Source: Fibrobacteria bacterium | GTDB lineage: Bacteria > Fibrobacterota > Fibrobacteria > UBA11236 | Assembly (NCBI GenBank): GCA_043732185.1 | Contig: JAYTHY010000023.1 | Location: 32,001 to 96,000 of the forward strand | Direction of reading: 5' to 3' | Length of the DNA stretch: 64,000 nt | Part shown: positions 44,460 through 54,301 of the stretch, piece after piece | How positions within the stretch are numbered: the first letter of the stretch is position 1 | Layout: each line of letters begins with the position of its first letter | Notes under the pieces: model-generated | Seen by the model: the letters and a program-made list of their open reading frames with translations, nothing else | Databases searched by the model: none | What the model was told of the DNA's origin: nothing | Translations under genes and position numbers: made by a program

Positions 44460-46127
44460 TCAATCCCTTTCGTCTTCTGGTATGAACCAGTCATTAATAA
44501 AAGTGAAAAACCGGTAAGGATGGACAACAGCCTTTTTGACCTTGTTCTCAATGGCAGCATTCTTTTCTAGGGTCCAAAGGAAGGTGTATGGGCAGTCCGC
44601 GGCCAGAATTTCGTGTAACTCATAATTGATGCGACGGCGAACCTCATGATTGATGGTCGTTGAAAATTTGCCTAACAGGCTATCGACGACCGGGTTTTTG
44701 TACGAAATGAAATTATCACCGCTGGGGGGCTGATTCTTGGAAGAATAAAACAATGAGGAAATGTCGGACGAATTGTCGAATAACCATTCTGCAAAGACAA
44801 TATCGAAATCGTGTTTGCCCTTGACCTCTTCTTTCCATTTCTCGTATTCACGATGCTGGATCTCAACCTTAACACCCAATGTCTTCAGGTAATTCTGAAA
44901 ACGAAGACAAACGGAAAGGCCGCCTTCATTGCCGCTATAAATGGGAATTTTAAGATTGAACTTAAGCGGCATGCCTTTATATTCACGGATGCCATCTCGA
45001 TCGGTATCAATAATTCCGGCTTTATCCAGCAACGCTTTTGCCTTGGCAACATCAAACGGCCAGGGAGCAACATCAGGATTGTAACCCCAGGATGCGGGAG
45101 AAAACGGTCCGGAAACCACCTCGCCTTTTCCAAAATAAATATCCTCTAACATTTTATTGCGATCCATCCCCATTGTAAAGGCTTGGCGCACTTCCTTGAT
45201 TTTGAGAATGGGATTATTCATGTTGTAGCCGAAAAATGCGAAAGCCAACGAGTTATACGGAATGATCATGAACTTGCCTGTGTTGGCAATTTCCGCAATT
45301 TTACCAGGAGGAACTTCCACTACCAAATCGATAGCATTGAGCAAAAGGCTCTGCACAAGCAGGGACATTTCCGGTTGATACACCATTTTTATTTCACCAA
45401 TATTCGGAGGTCCACCGTAGTGGTCCGCAAATGCAGTCAGTACCACATCATGATTCTTGGTTTCCCGATCGAATTTGTAATACCCGGTCCCAACCGGCGC
45501 TTTGGAAAACTTCGAGAATTTGGAAAGAACAGCTTTTCCGCCGAACATATGTTCAGGTACGATTTTAAAGAGAAAGCGGCGTTCGGGTTCGGCCACGCTG
45601 GTGTTGAAATCAAACTTGACAACATAGTCCCCGAGTACGGAAACGCTTTTGATCACTTCCAAGGCTTGGCGTGCCTCCGGTCGCACATCTGAAAGTGGAT
45701 TCATAATGGCATCAAAAGTGAACTTTACATCGTTGGCAGTAAAGGGAACGCCATCGTGCCATTTCACATCTTTTCGCAAATAAAAGGTAATCCGCTGATT
45801 TCCATTAAAGACGTTCCATTTTTCGGCCAACCGTCCTTTGACTTCGCCACGATAGTCAATAAATACCAAAGATTCGAATAACAACTCGGAAAGACGAAGG
45901 GACGTCTCATTGTCCGAAGTAGTAATTGGATCGTAGGTATCCGGTAAAATCGGTTCCGCATAAACCAATCTGCCACCCTTCAATCCATCTCCCCCGCCAT
46001 TTTTAGGGGCACTGGGAGCAGCTTGGCACAAGCCGACCATTAACGCGCAACTCAAAACAGTTATGCGCCCTATTGGATGCATCTTGATCATCAACTTTTT
46101 GCCTGTATACCCCATAGTTCCTTTCAC
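44460..46127 (-). CDS. ABC transporter solute-binding protein, family 5
   Basis: LFESLV, LAEKW, LRKDVKWHDG.PFTANDVKFT, PVGTG, VRQA, AKALLDKAG, DGIRE. Confidence 0.93.
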   Translation of the reverse strand: MKGTMGYTGKKLMIKMHPIGRITVLSCALMVGLCQAAPSAPKNGGGDGLKGGRLVYAEPILPDTYDPITTSDNETSLRLSELLFESLVFIDYRGEVKGRLAEKWNVFNGNQRITFYLRKDVKWHDGVPFTANDVKFTFDAIMNPLSDVRPEARQALEVIKSVSVLGDYVVKFDFNTSVAEPERRFLFKIVPEHMFGGKAVLSKFSKFSKAPVGTGYYKFDRETKNHDVVLTAFADHYGGPPNIGEIKMVYQPEMSLLVQSLLLNAIDLVVEVPPGKIAEIANTGKFMIIPYNSLAFAFFGYNMNNPILKIKEVRQAFTMGMDRNKMLEDIYFGKGEVVSGPFSPASWGYNPDVAPWPFDVAKAKALLDKAGIIDTDRDGIREYKGMPLKFNLKIPIYSGNEGGLSVCLRFQNYLKTLGVKVEIQHREYEKWKEEVKGKHDFDIVFAEWLFDNSSDISSLFYSSKNQPPSGDNFISYKNPVVDSLLGKFSTTINHEVRRRINYELHEILAADCPYTFLWTLEKNAAIENKVKKAVVHPYRFFTFINDWFIPEDERD

Positions 46128-46162
46128 GTCTTCACTCCTATCATCAGACGAGCCTGGCCAGA

Positions 46163-47611
46163 CTAGCCGCCCTTCCGGAAGATTCGCTGAGACTCATAAC
46201 TTCGCGCCAAACCAGCAGAAATACCTTGCATACAATAATGCATTTGACGACATGCTGGGAATTCCTTCTGCAAATGATACAGTGTCTCCACAATTTCCTC
46301 GTATCTAAGCTTATTGGTCTTAAAAATAGCGAGAGAATAGTCGCACATATATTCCGGGTCAATCTGGTCGATTCGGTTGCGATATTCAATTTTATAACCT
46401 TTAGCGTATTGTTGCATGGCTGCCTCAGTTTGCCCATTCACAAACAACAGATTTGCAAAACTACGATAATAATTCGCACTATTTCTCTCACGGACAGCCT
46501 GGCCTGCGAGCTTCAGTCCCTTGTCCAGATCCAGGTGTAAAAGATAGTAACAGTCGGCAATGTCCTTCTGGTCAGCCGGACTTTTACTGGAAATGGATAA
46601 GCTTTGCAGAATGGATCTGGCTTCTGGGACACGGCTTTGATTTGCAAAAATCTGAGCTTTCAAGATCTGGGTTTCCAAGTCCGTGGACTGACCCAGGCAA
46701 TTTAATGCTTCTTTCCATTGCCCAAGGCGCGCATAGGATTCGGCCAAAGCTGTTTGGGTATTAAATTTTGCAGCCAAATCAGGAAACTTCCCTTCTTCCT
46801 CTTTAATTCGCAAATTCGTCAACTTACTAAGTGTGTAATATGCGTCGGAAATGGTTTCCATCAGAAACGGATCGTAGAAATTAATTTGTGTGTTCTTACC
46901 TTGGTCCAGATAGGCCTCAGGCTGTTGCGCATCGTTAAGGACGGCCTGCAGGGAATTGTCGACGGACTCAAGAGTTGCCGATGCAGAATGCAACATAATT
47001 TTAAGCCTACACCGACGGCTGCGCTGCGTCTCTGCTTTCAAGGATGCAGGTACTTCGGTTGTGCTTTGATTTTGAAGCTCCAGTGCTTCCCATTGCGCGG
47101 AAACGTCCTTTATCCCTTGCGTCAATTCCAAGTTGGATTCACCCAGCCGCTTTCGCGTAAAATGCAAAAACACTTCCGTCATGTCCGAAGTTGACGTTCC
47201 AGTGTTTCCCAGCTTCTTTGATTTTTCAAACGCGCTTTTTGCTTCGGCAAACAATCCAGCCTGGAACTGGATTTGACCAAGATAGAGATAATTAAGGGCA
47301 TTGCCGCTTTCCCCAGTTTGTTCTGAGTAATAGCTGGCCATGATAGGGCTGGACAAACTTGAAAAACCATTGAACAAGCTGCCAAGTCGAAAATAGGCAA
47401 GAGACTTGCCTTTTAATGCGCGTAGCCCTTTTTCATCCAATTTTCCGGATGATATATCCTTGTCCCAAACGCTCACGGCCTCTTCATAACGGTGACGTCT
47501 AATAAGTTCTATAGGATCTTCGCGGCATTCCCCGTTCAGGTAGAGGAAAGCGCCAAGAAATAGAAGCGCTGACCTAAGGAACCTGGGGCCATCAGTTCTT
47601 GAACAAATCAT
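46163..47611 (-). CDS. Secreted TPR-repeat protein
   Basis: Hydrophobic N-terminus; TPR-like helices (YLYLGQIQFQAGLFAEAKSAFEK; ALAESYARLGQWKEAL). Confidence 0.72.
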   Translation of the reverse strand: MICSRTDGPRFLRSALLFLGAFLYLNGECREDPIELIRRHRYEEAVSVWDKDISSGKLDEKGLRALKGKSLAYFRLGSLFNGFSSLSSPIMASYYSEQTGESGNALNYLYLGQIQFQAGLFAEAKSAFEKSKKLGNTGTSTSDMTEVFLHFTRKRLGESNLELTQGIKDVSAQWEALELQNQSTTEVPASLKAETQRSRRCRLKIMLHSASATLESVDNSLQAVLNDAQQPEAYLDQGKNTQINFYDPFLMETISDAYYTLSKLTNLRIKEEEGKFPDLAAKFNTQTALAESYARLGQWKEALNCLGQSTDLETQILKAQIFANQSRVPEARSILQSLSISSKSPADQKDIADCYYLLHLDLDKGLKLAGQAVRERNSANYYRSFANLLFVNGQTEAAMQQYAKGYKIEYRNRIDQIDPEYMCDYSLAIFKTNKLRYEEIVETLYHLQKEFPACRQMHYCMQGISAGLARSYESQRIFRKGG

Positions 47612-48926
47612 ATTTTGCCGGATCCACCTTCTCAGAGCGCAGTCTTAAATCGGAACCAATGAGTACAGAGGCAAATATTTTGAATTCCAATCCCGCTTCG
47701 CCTGCAAACACGATAATGGGATGATTGGGTAAGCAATCTACGTCTCTATGAATGCTTGATTCCGTGGTAATGGTCGCACGTTTGTAATTTTGATCGTAAA
47801 GCCACTTTTCCAAGTTCACAACTTCAAGTGGATTAAGTCGACTGGATTCTCTTTTGGCATAAACAATGGCTCTTGAACCGGGTAGCCAAGTTGGACCATT
47901 ATAAGAACTAGGGTATACATTTTCGGCAATTTTTGGTGTTTTGCCATGTAGATCAGCAACTTCAACCAAATGCCCCTGGGGATCCACTTTTAACTGCATT
48001 ACCCCGATATCCACTACGCGATCATTCAGATCGTTGGATATTTGGTAGGCGACAAAATGCCCATCAAACGACCAGGATGGATGGCTTTTGTTATTGGTGA
48101 TCTGATTATTGAATATTTTGATTTTTTTGGCGTCCATGAAATCCATCAAGGCAATTGTATACAGACCACGTTTTTTGTTTCCACTTGTCCGCGTTGTATA
48201 AGCCAAAAAACGCCCATCCGGAGAATAGGCCGGGAACATTTCTTCTCCTGGATTTGTAGTGAGTCTTTCGAACGAGTTTTTCGACTCACGTTTAATTTCC
48301 TTTCCTAGGTATTTTGACATATCAGTAACCAGGTAAAGATCTCCATCTCCTGTTCGTGCTGAAACAAAAACCAAACTCTTACCATCCGGCGACCAGCGAG
48401 GGCAGCCATCCACTTCTGGATCAAATGTTAGTCGCGTATGAACCTTGGATCCAATTGCTCCGATATAGATATCATGATTATTGACGCCGCCCGCACTCAC
48501 ATACGCATAGTATTGAATTCCATCATGAAGAACTGGGCACCAGACCAGCTCGTCTTCGTAACCCTTGAAAATGCTTTGGTCAGTATCTTCGTCAATATTT
48601 ACATCTTCAATTTTACCAGCAGTAGCCTTAGGAGTAATCTGAGTGAGATCTTTTGTTTTGGAATCGTATAACCAAATCTGACGATTGTCACGAATCTGCC
48701 GCACAAATGCGATATAATTGATCAAATTGGGGCAAATTTTTGGATGGAAAAGTTGACCTGAAATTTTAGGGTTGTCGCTCGAGACAACCACCACCGTTTT
48801 GCTGGCATCGGTTGCCTCTTTATCATCCGCAGTTTGGGCCATGGAAATGGCAATTCCAGCAACCAGAAAAGCACTTAAAAAATTTCTACTGCACTTCATG
48901 GTGAACCTTTTCTCCGATGCCCTCAT
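47592..48926 (-). CDS. TolB-like beta-propeller protein (PD40 repeats)
   Basis: PRWSPDGKSLVF, PAYSPDGRFLAY, PSWSFDGHFVAY, PTWLPG. Signal peptide from ATG 48899. Confidence 0.88.
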   Translation of the reverse strand: MRASEKRFTMKCSRNFLSAFLVAGIAISMAQTADDKEATDASKTVVVVSSDNPKISGQLFHPKICPNLINYIAFVRQIRDNRQIWLYDSKTKDLTQITPKATAGKIEDVNIDEDTDQSIFKGYEDELVWCPVLHDGIQYYAYVSAGGVNNHDIYIGAIGSKVHTRLTFDPEVDGCPRWSPDGKSLVFVSARTGDGDLYLVTDMSKYLGKEIKRESKNSFERLTTNPGEEMFPAYSPDGRFLAYTTRTSGNKKRGLYTIALMDFMDAKKIKIFNNQITNNKSHPSWSFDGHFVAYQISNDLNDRVVDIGVMQLKVDPQGHLVEVADLHGKTPKIAENVYPSSYNGPTWLPGSRAIVYAKRESSRLNPLEVVNLEKWLYDQNYKRATITTESSIHRDVDCLPNHPIIVFAGEAGLEFKIFASVLIGSDLRLRSEKVDPAKYDLFKN

Positions 48927-50272
48927 AGGTTACTCAGGCTTTTGAGGTAGTTTTCAGCTTTCAGATTTTCATTCTTGTACTTTTCATTCTTCGAAAACCA
49001 TACTTCGTAATCCTTCCATTTAAGAATGGCTTGTTGACGATAATACACTTGCTTGTCCGGATTGGTAGCATGCTTATACAAGCGGGTCCAAGCTAAGGCC
49101 CAAAAATATTTTGTCCTTTGCATTACATCATCGAATACCGCCGGCTCGATGAAACTCTGATCCCGAATTACGGCCTCAAACGCTTGGTGGGCCTTGGCGT
49201 ATTGCTTCATTTCGACGTAACAGATGCCAATATTCATATTGGCGAGTGGATAATATTTTTCAAATTCGAGGACGTTTAAAAATGCTGAGACAGCCTCGCT
49301 CATGTGACCGACTTTCAACATGGAGAGGCCTTTCAAAAAGTTGGCCTGCACATATTCGTCTCTCTCAATTCCACCCCTCTTCTTGGAAGTAGGCTTTCCG
49401 AGCGCGGAAAATGAACGGATGGCATTGACATAATCCTGTTGACGATATGCGGCTACGCCTTCTTTAAAACTGGCTGATCCGCCTGTTGGTGTTTCCGAAT
49501 TTACTTTATCCACATCTGGTAAAGCCTGCCCAACCGGCGCCGTAACCATTGCCAATCGAACAGCTTCACTTGGGCTGGTCTTGCTTGTGACTGGGAGGTC
49601 TTCAGGGGCAAACGCCTTGGCGGCCGCAGGTGGTTGCGGAGGCTCCACGGGCTTTGGGGTTGGAACAGGAGGCACTACAGCTACGGGAGGCTCTTCCTTT
49701 ACAACTTTATGGACTTCGGGGGCTGGTTTGTCAACAGGTAATGGTTTGACTGCAACTGGGCTTGATTTTTCCGGTTTTGGAAGAGCCGGTTTTTGTATTT
49801 CTGGTTTTGGTTCTTCAGGTATGGACACCTGTTTTGCTACCGGTATTGGCTTCACATGGTTTTTGGGATGTGTTTGGACATGTGTCTTGGGAGGGGCTTT
49901 GGAAAGAGCTGGCTTTGTGGGTGCAGGTTCAGGAAGCGGTTCTGGCATAGCAACAGGTTTGGGTTCCGGTTCCTTTACTTCAAGTGATTTTACCGGCTCG
50001 GTAACAACCGTGTCCTGTACTTTTGGGTTTGTCGAGTCGGTAACAGTTTGCGCAACCTCACCAACAGGCTCCTTGAAGCCAGGTTCTACCTGGCTGTTTA
50101 GTGCATTTTTTATCCGTTCAGCATTACGGTTTTTCTGGAGCTCCATCCAGCCCCAGACAATTAGACCGAGCAGAACAATGGCCACTATGATTAGAACCGA
50201 AATAAATTGGTTCCGTTTTTTCCGTTGAGCGGAAACTTCCATGTACCTGAAATTTGTATCACTCATTTTCAA
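48923..50272 (-). CDS. Inner-membrane-anchored protein with Pro/Glu/Lys-rich linker and C-terminal TPR domain
   Basis: RKKR + TM, PEPKP/PEPLPEP linker, TPRs (ANFLKGLSMLKVG; ANMNIGICYVEMKQYAKAHQAFE). Confidence 0.78.
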   Translation of the reverse strand: MKMSDTNFRYMEVSAQRKKRNQFISVLIIVAIVLLGLIVWGWMELQKNRNAERIKNALNSQVEPGFKEPVGEVAQTVTDSTNPKVQDTVVTEPVKSLEVKEPEPKPVAMPEPLPEPAPTKPALSKAPPKTHVQTHPKNHVKPIPVAKQVSIPEEPKPEIQKPALPKPEKSSPVAVKPLPVDKPAPEVHKVVKEEPPVAVVPPVPTPKPVEPPQPPAAAKAFAPEDLPVTSKTSPSEAVRLAMVTAPVGQALPDVDKVNSETPTGGSASFKEGVAAYRQQDYVNAIRSFSALGKPTSKKRGGIERDEYVQANFLKGLSMLKVGHMSEAVSAFLNVLEFEKYYPLANMNIGICYVEMKQYAKAHQAFEAVIRDQSFIEPAVFDDVMQRTKYFWALAWTRLYKHATNPDKQVYYRQQAILKWKDYEVWFSKNEKYKNENLKAENYLKSLSNL

Positions 50273-50310
50273 TCCCTAGAAATATATTGATTTTGGTCGG
50301 TTCTGTAAGG

Positions 50311-51423
50311 TTACTTATTTGGGTCAGAAGGTGGATCCATCGGCAGAGGAAATTGGGTCGCATTCGTCTTTCCCGAACCCCTGGATTTGCCCAAATTTTC
50401 TACCCAATATGCAGCGATGCCTCCACCTACGCCTAAGACGCCCAAAGAAATCCAAAGCGCCTTGTTGGATTTTCCTTCTGAAACAGTTGAAGCTGGATTC
50501 ACACCTGTTTTTTCCTTGTTAGATAGAGTATTAAAAAAAACTTTTTCGTAGTCCAGTAATTTGACCAAATCCTCGGAGGGCTGGGGAGGAAGTTCCAGCA
50601 CCAAGGTTTTGTTAATGATGTCATACATAGCCAGTCGATAAATAAGGCTACTCCCGTCGCGGTATAGCCGCGAATATAGCAAGTTGGAAACGCCGAGTTT
50701 TTGACCTAATCCGATCATATTTTCCAAAGACGGAACAACCGAATACCTATTAATTTCCAGTGCGGCCAATAATTCGGTCAATTCCGTTGGACTCATAAGA
50801 TCAAAACGCGGATTACCGTAAATCCTAGTGCATACGCGTTCAAAAAACGCCCTAGATTGAAGTGAATTCTCGCTCAGATCTATTATGGCGAGCGAGCTTC
50901 CATGTTTATTTTTATCCAAATCGGGACTCAATTTGGAGAGTTCAGCAATGGCCGAAACGAAACGTTTGTCCATATTTCGAATTTGCTCATTATCTGAAGA
51001 GCCTTCAGTGGCCAAAACTTTAGTCCACACAATCTTGGCTGTTGGGATATGCAGTAGCTTCAAACTTACGGCGCGAATAGACCCCAATGGAGACGCTGTG
51101 CCAAACATGACATATTCTGCTTGGACGATGCTGCCAATATCAAAACTGCATTGTGGGTTATTGCATGGCTGACGAGGATTGATATTGAATTCGGTGAGAT
51201 GTTTGGCAACGGTATCCCTATTGAGAACCGCCCACTTCCCCATGGCCGACAAATCCTTGCGAAGCATTTCCGAAATTTCTGGACGTTGTTGGTTGTCGGT
51301 TAGGTCAACAAGGTCAAGTACGACAATCCGACCAGCAGCCCGAATGCTATCGGGTTTTGGAGGTATCGCATGGCCTAAGCCCAGAAGAGAAATTAAAAAT
51401 AGGAGCGTTGACGAAGCATGCAT
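50311..51423 (-). CDS. Secreted protein with two CsgG/TolB-N-like alpha/beta domains and C-terminal hydrophobic segment
   Basis: Signal peptide; IVVLDL..C-x4-C..IGSIVQAEYVMFG; second copy LAIIDL..LGQKLGVSNLLY; C-terminal LWISLGVLGVGGGIAAYW then Pro-rich tail. Confidence 0.65.
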   Translation of the reverse strand: MHASSTLLFLISLLGLGHAIPPKPDSIRAAGRIVVLDLVDLTDNQQRPEISEMLRKDLSAMGKWAVLNRDTVAKHLTEFNINPRQPCNNPQCSFDIGSIVQAEYVMFGTASPLGSIRAVSLKLLHIPTAKIVWTKVLATEGSSDNEQIRNMDKRFVSAIAELSKLSPDLDKNKHGSSLAIIDLSENSLQSRAFFERVCTRIYGNPRFDLMSPTELTELLAALEINRYSVVPSLENMIGLGQKLGVSNLLYSRLYRDGSSLIYRLAMYDIINKTLVLELPPQPSEDLVKLLDYEKVFFNTLSNKEKTGVNPASTVSEGKSNKALWISLGVLGVGGGIAAYWVENLGKSRGSGKTNATQFPLPMDPPSDPNK

Positions 51424-51586
51424 ATGGTTAAAATAGCCAAAGACCGGAAAAATAAATCCCGTATATCAAGAAAGTGAAATGAATTCTTTGCATGTCAACA
51501 CGTTTGTCGCCTCCGGCGACCGATTCTGGGTCAGTGGTGTGTAATGGATTGAAAATCCCAGTTCTTTTTTTAACTTCAGCCATGTT

Positions 51587-51661
51587 GGCGACATACCCAA
51601 GTGGTAAGGGAGAGCTCTGCAAAAGCTTTATTCAGCGGTTCGAATCCGCTTGTCGCCTCCA
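51587..51661 (+). tRNA. tRNA-Cys (GCA)
   Basis: Acceptor GGCGACA/TGTCGCC, discriminator T + CCA, D-loop AAGTGGTAA, anticodon arm GAGCT-CTGCAAA-AGCTT, T arm AGCGG-TTCGAAT-CCGCT. Confidence 0.97.
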
Positions 51662-51706
51662 TTTTTCCCCCGTCCCCGCCTCGTACTGGCCCATTCGGAT
51701 TTATAC

Positions 51707-52270
51707 TTATTTTGATTTGAAATCAACTTTCACATCAACGGACTCTTCCGGCAACACGTTTACGGACATTTCTTTAGTCCGTTTACCATTTGAAACCTTG
51801 ATAACCCGGGTCCCAGCTTCCAGGCGATTGATAGTCAAGACTCCACCGCGCGTCGAGCCCACATCCTCGCCATCTACCGTAACTTTGCAATTGCAATTCA
51901 TGGGTACGGTCGTTAAAACAATTGAACCATAGGGCATCAAAAGTTTCTTCTCTATGATGGTTTTCTGTCCCCCGCAGACATTCACTCTTTCATTTACCAA
52001 TTCCTCACCATTGAGCATAATTGTGAGAGTATGTCTGCCACTAGGAAAAACCATATCCACGGGAGCGGGCCCCAGTTTCTGGCCGCCCAAATAAACGATG
52101 GCCTTCTCGGGCGTGGTTGTAATGCTAACCGAACCAGATTGGCCTCGGGCTGGAGGGCTATCCGGATTTTGGGAACAGTCTCCGGAAATGCCTGCTCTGG
52201 AAATTCCAGGTAGCATAACAGTCAGGGCTAGAACAACTGCATAAACATGAACCTTCGCGACAATGGCCAT
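51707..52270 (-). CDS. Secreted PEGA-domain protein (two repeats)
   Basis: GGAGG RBS, signal peptide, GSVSITTTPEKAIVYLGG..G.HTLTI and GSIVLTTVP..VTVDGE.VG. Confidence 0.85.
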   Translation of the reverse strand: MAIVAKVHVYAVVLALTVMLPGISRAGISGDCSQNPDSPPARGQSGSVSITTTPEKAIVYLGGQKLGPAPVDMVFPSGRHTLTIMLNGEELVNERVNVCGGQKTIIEKKLLMPYGSIVLTTVPMNCNCKVTVDGEDVGSTRGGVLTINRLEAGTRVIKVSNGKRTKEMSVNVLPEESVDVKVDFKSK

Positions 52271-52346
52271 GAATCCTCCTGGAAAAAAGTCTCTAGAAAT
52301 ATACAGTAAATGTACAAAAAAGCACTTAAGGCTAGAATGATGTCGA

Positions 52347-54296
52347 TTAAAAAGCTTGGGCCAAGTCCAATACCCACTGGTCATGCTTGCGTTCCGGCCC
52401 ATCCATCGAGTAATCCAATCGGACATTAAAAATCGACAGTAGCGAGTATCTTAGGCCAAGTCCATAGGCACGGCCCTGTCCCGAAGCAGTTAGCGGCTTA
52501 CCCACCTCCCAAATATTTCCGTAGTCCATGAAGGGGACAACCTGTAATCCGAGTAAATAACGCAATCGGCCATCCCGATTGATAAATGCCGGCGAAAAAG
52601 GGTTGGTTCGAAATTCTAAAGAGGCTAGAAAATAGGCTGGCTCTAAATTTTCTTGTAAACAAACCCCCGTTGCCGCATCCTTGTTTGGACAAATCTGTCG
52701 CCAACCATAACTGCGGACACTTCGCGGCCCGCCAAGGAAAAAACGTTCCGAATTGAGTCCACCAACCCCGAAAAAGCGCCCCCCATCAAAACGAAATGCC
52801 AATTTCAGCCTTTCGGCAATCGGGTAATACAATCCTGTTTCTACCTCCAGCCAGTTATGCCTTCGGCCAACTGGCGCCGTTATTTGTCCCGTACTGATCA
52901 ATTGTCCATCCTTGAGAAAGGCACCCCCATTGCCCCAGGTCAAGGACAATCGTACGCCCTTGGTGGTACTGACCACATCATCCAGAAAGCTGAAGAAAAG
53001 AGAGTTGATGAAGTTAAGATTGAAGGCCCGATCAAGTGCGACTGTATCGATTTTTACGCTTTTACCGGTGAGCTCTGCGGTTTCCACATCGCGCAGCCAG
53101 TAGGTAAAAGATTTTGACAGTTTGCTGGAATTGGTAATGTCAAAATCCCCAGCAAATGGGCCCACTCCTTGTTGTACACGACTATCTTGATACCAATCGG
53201 CAATCAGATCATTATCGAATCTAAAACTGGTTCTAAAAAATAACGGGGAAGAATACCCTAGGTATGTGCTTTGCTTTCGCTGGGCAAAGGAGCCGCCGAT
53301 GCGTGCTTCGTGCAATTGACCCCAAATATTACCGTGCGCCCAATCCGCTGAAACACCTACACCATACTGCGTTTCATAAAATAGGGAAGCGTTCATTTCG
53401 CCTGGAATGCGCTCCTCGGTGGATAAGATTAGCGCGCTTAGATTCCCCTTTTCCTGAATCAAACTATCGCGCAATCGAACATAATTGAAAACTCGAGTTG
53501 ATTTGAGCTTTTTTTCGAATTGGGACAACGTGCCCAATCTCACGGTATCGCCACGACTTAAGCTCAACAAGGATTTAAGCAACTGGTCTCCAGTGGTGCC
53601 ATTCCGGCCCGTGCTGTCCCCTTCTCTGGTATTCCTCACTATAAGCGAATCGAATCGAACCGCTGGGCCGGTTTTTACCAAAAAGTCCACATTGACAAGC
53701 TTTCCCAGGGTATCCAACAGTATTTTTTCAGTGGACTCACAGTGCAAAAATCCTGCATCACCAAAAGCACTTAGAATTTCACGATGGTCACGAAATACCA
53801 AATCTTTTTCGTAGGACCGGCCTGGACGACTCCGTAGTGATTGAACGGGAAGGACTGCCTGAGTTTGGTCCGTCGTTTTCAGGACGACAGCGCCAAACCG
53901 ATATCGCTCTCCTTCCAAAATCTGCAATCGAATACGGAAATCCGCATCCGTTTTTCCCTTGTGTTCCGCTTTGTGACCATTAGATTCCGATTCTAGAATA
54001 GGACTCACTCGAAATGCCGCATCCAGGTAACCGATTTCAGAGTAGAGATCCGAAAGTGAAGCAGCAACCTCATCTGACCATTCCGCCCAGGACGACTCGG
54101 ATAGTTCTCGGGGATTTTCAGGAAGCGCGATAGCCGCTTCTATTTTTCTTCTGGAAAGATTCAAATTGCCTTCGACAACTAGAATTGTTGCCCCTGAAAC
54201 AGACTGGACAACCGTGAGAGCTCCACCCCATAAGACAATGGCCCAAAGGAGGGAGGAACCGAATCCCCATTTTAAAATTGTCGGTAGTTTGCTCAA
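52347..54296 (-). CDS. Omp85 family outer-membrane protein (TamA/BamA-like)
   Basis: POTRA-like repeats (LYSEIGYLDA; EGERYRFG; GDAGF), RFFLGGPRSVRSY lid motif, C-terminal beta signal LDLAQAF. Confidence 0.9.
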   Translation of the reverse strand: MSKLPTILKWGFGSSLLWAIVLWGGALTVVQSVSGATILVVEGNLNLSRRKIEAAIALPENPRELSESSWAEWSDEVAASLSDLYSEIGYLDAAFRVSPILESESNGHKAEHKGKTDADFRIRLQILEGERYRFGAVVLKTTDQTQAVLPVQSLRSRPGRSYEKDLVFRDHREILSAFGDAGFLHCESTEKILLDTLGKLVNVDFLVKTGPAVRFDSLIVRNTREGDSTGRNGTTGDQLLKSLLSLSRGDTVRLGTLSQFEKKLKSTRVFNYVRLRDSLIQEKGNLSALILSTEERIPGEMNASLFYETQYGVGVSADWAHGNIWGQLHEARIGGSFAQRKQSTYLGYSSPLFFRTSFRFDNDLIADWYQDSRVQQGVGPFAGDFDITNSSKLSKSFTYWLRDVETAELTGKSVKIDTVALDRAFNLNFINSLFFSFLDDVVSTTKGVRLSLTWGNGGAFLKDGQLISTGQITAPVGRRHNWLEVETGLYYPIAERLKLAFRFDGGRFFGVGGLNSERFFLGGPRSVRSYGWRQICPNKDAATGVCLQENLEPAYFLASLEFRTNPFSPAFINRDGRLRYLLGLQVVPFMDYGNIWEVGKPLTASGQGRAYGLGLRYSLLSIFNVRLDYSMDGPERKHDQWVLDLAQAF

Positions 54297-54301
54297 GAAT
54301 T

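Noticed and set aside
47592..48926. Calling the propeller gene tolB of a Tol-Pal system
   Set aside because: No TolB N-terminal domain evident and no adjacent pal or tolA/Q/R. Kept as TolB-like only.
49581..50228. 215-aa Gly/Thr-rich + strand ORF resembling an adhesin
   Set aside because: It is the antisense reading of the Pro-rich linker of 48923-50272.
51587..51706. Genomic island integrated at tRNA-Cys
   Set aside because: No integrase downstream and no convincing distal copy of the tRNA 3' end. TGTCGCCTC near 63335 is only 9 nt.
51492..51932. 146-aa + strand ORF
   Set aside because: Runs through tRNA-Cys and antisense into the PEGA gene.
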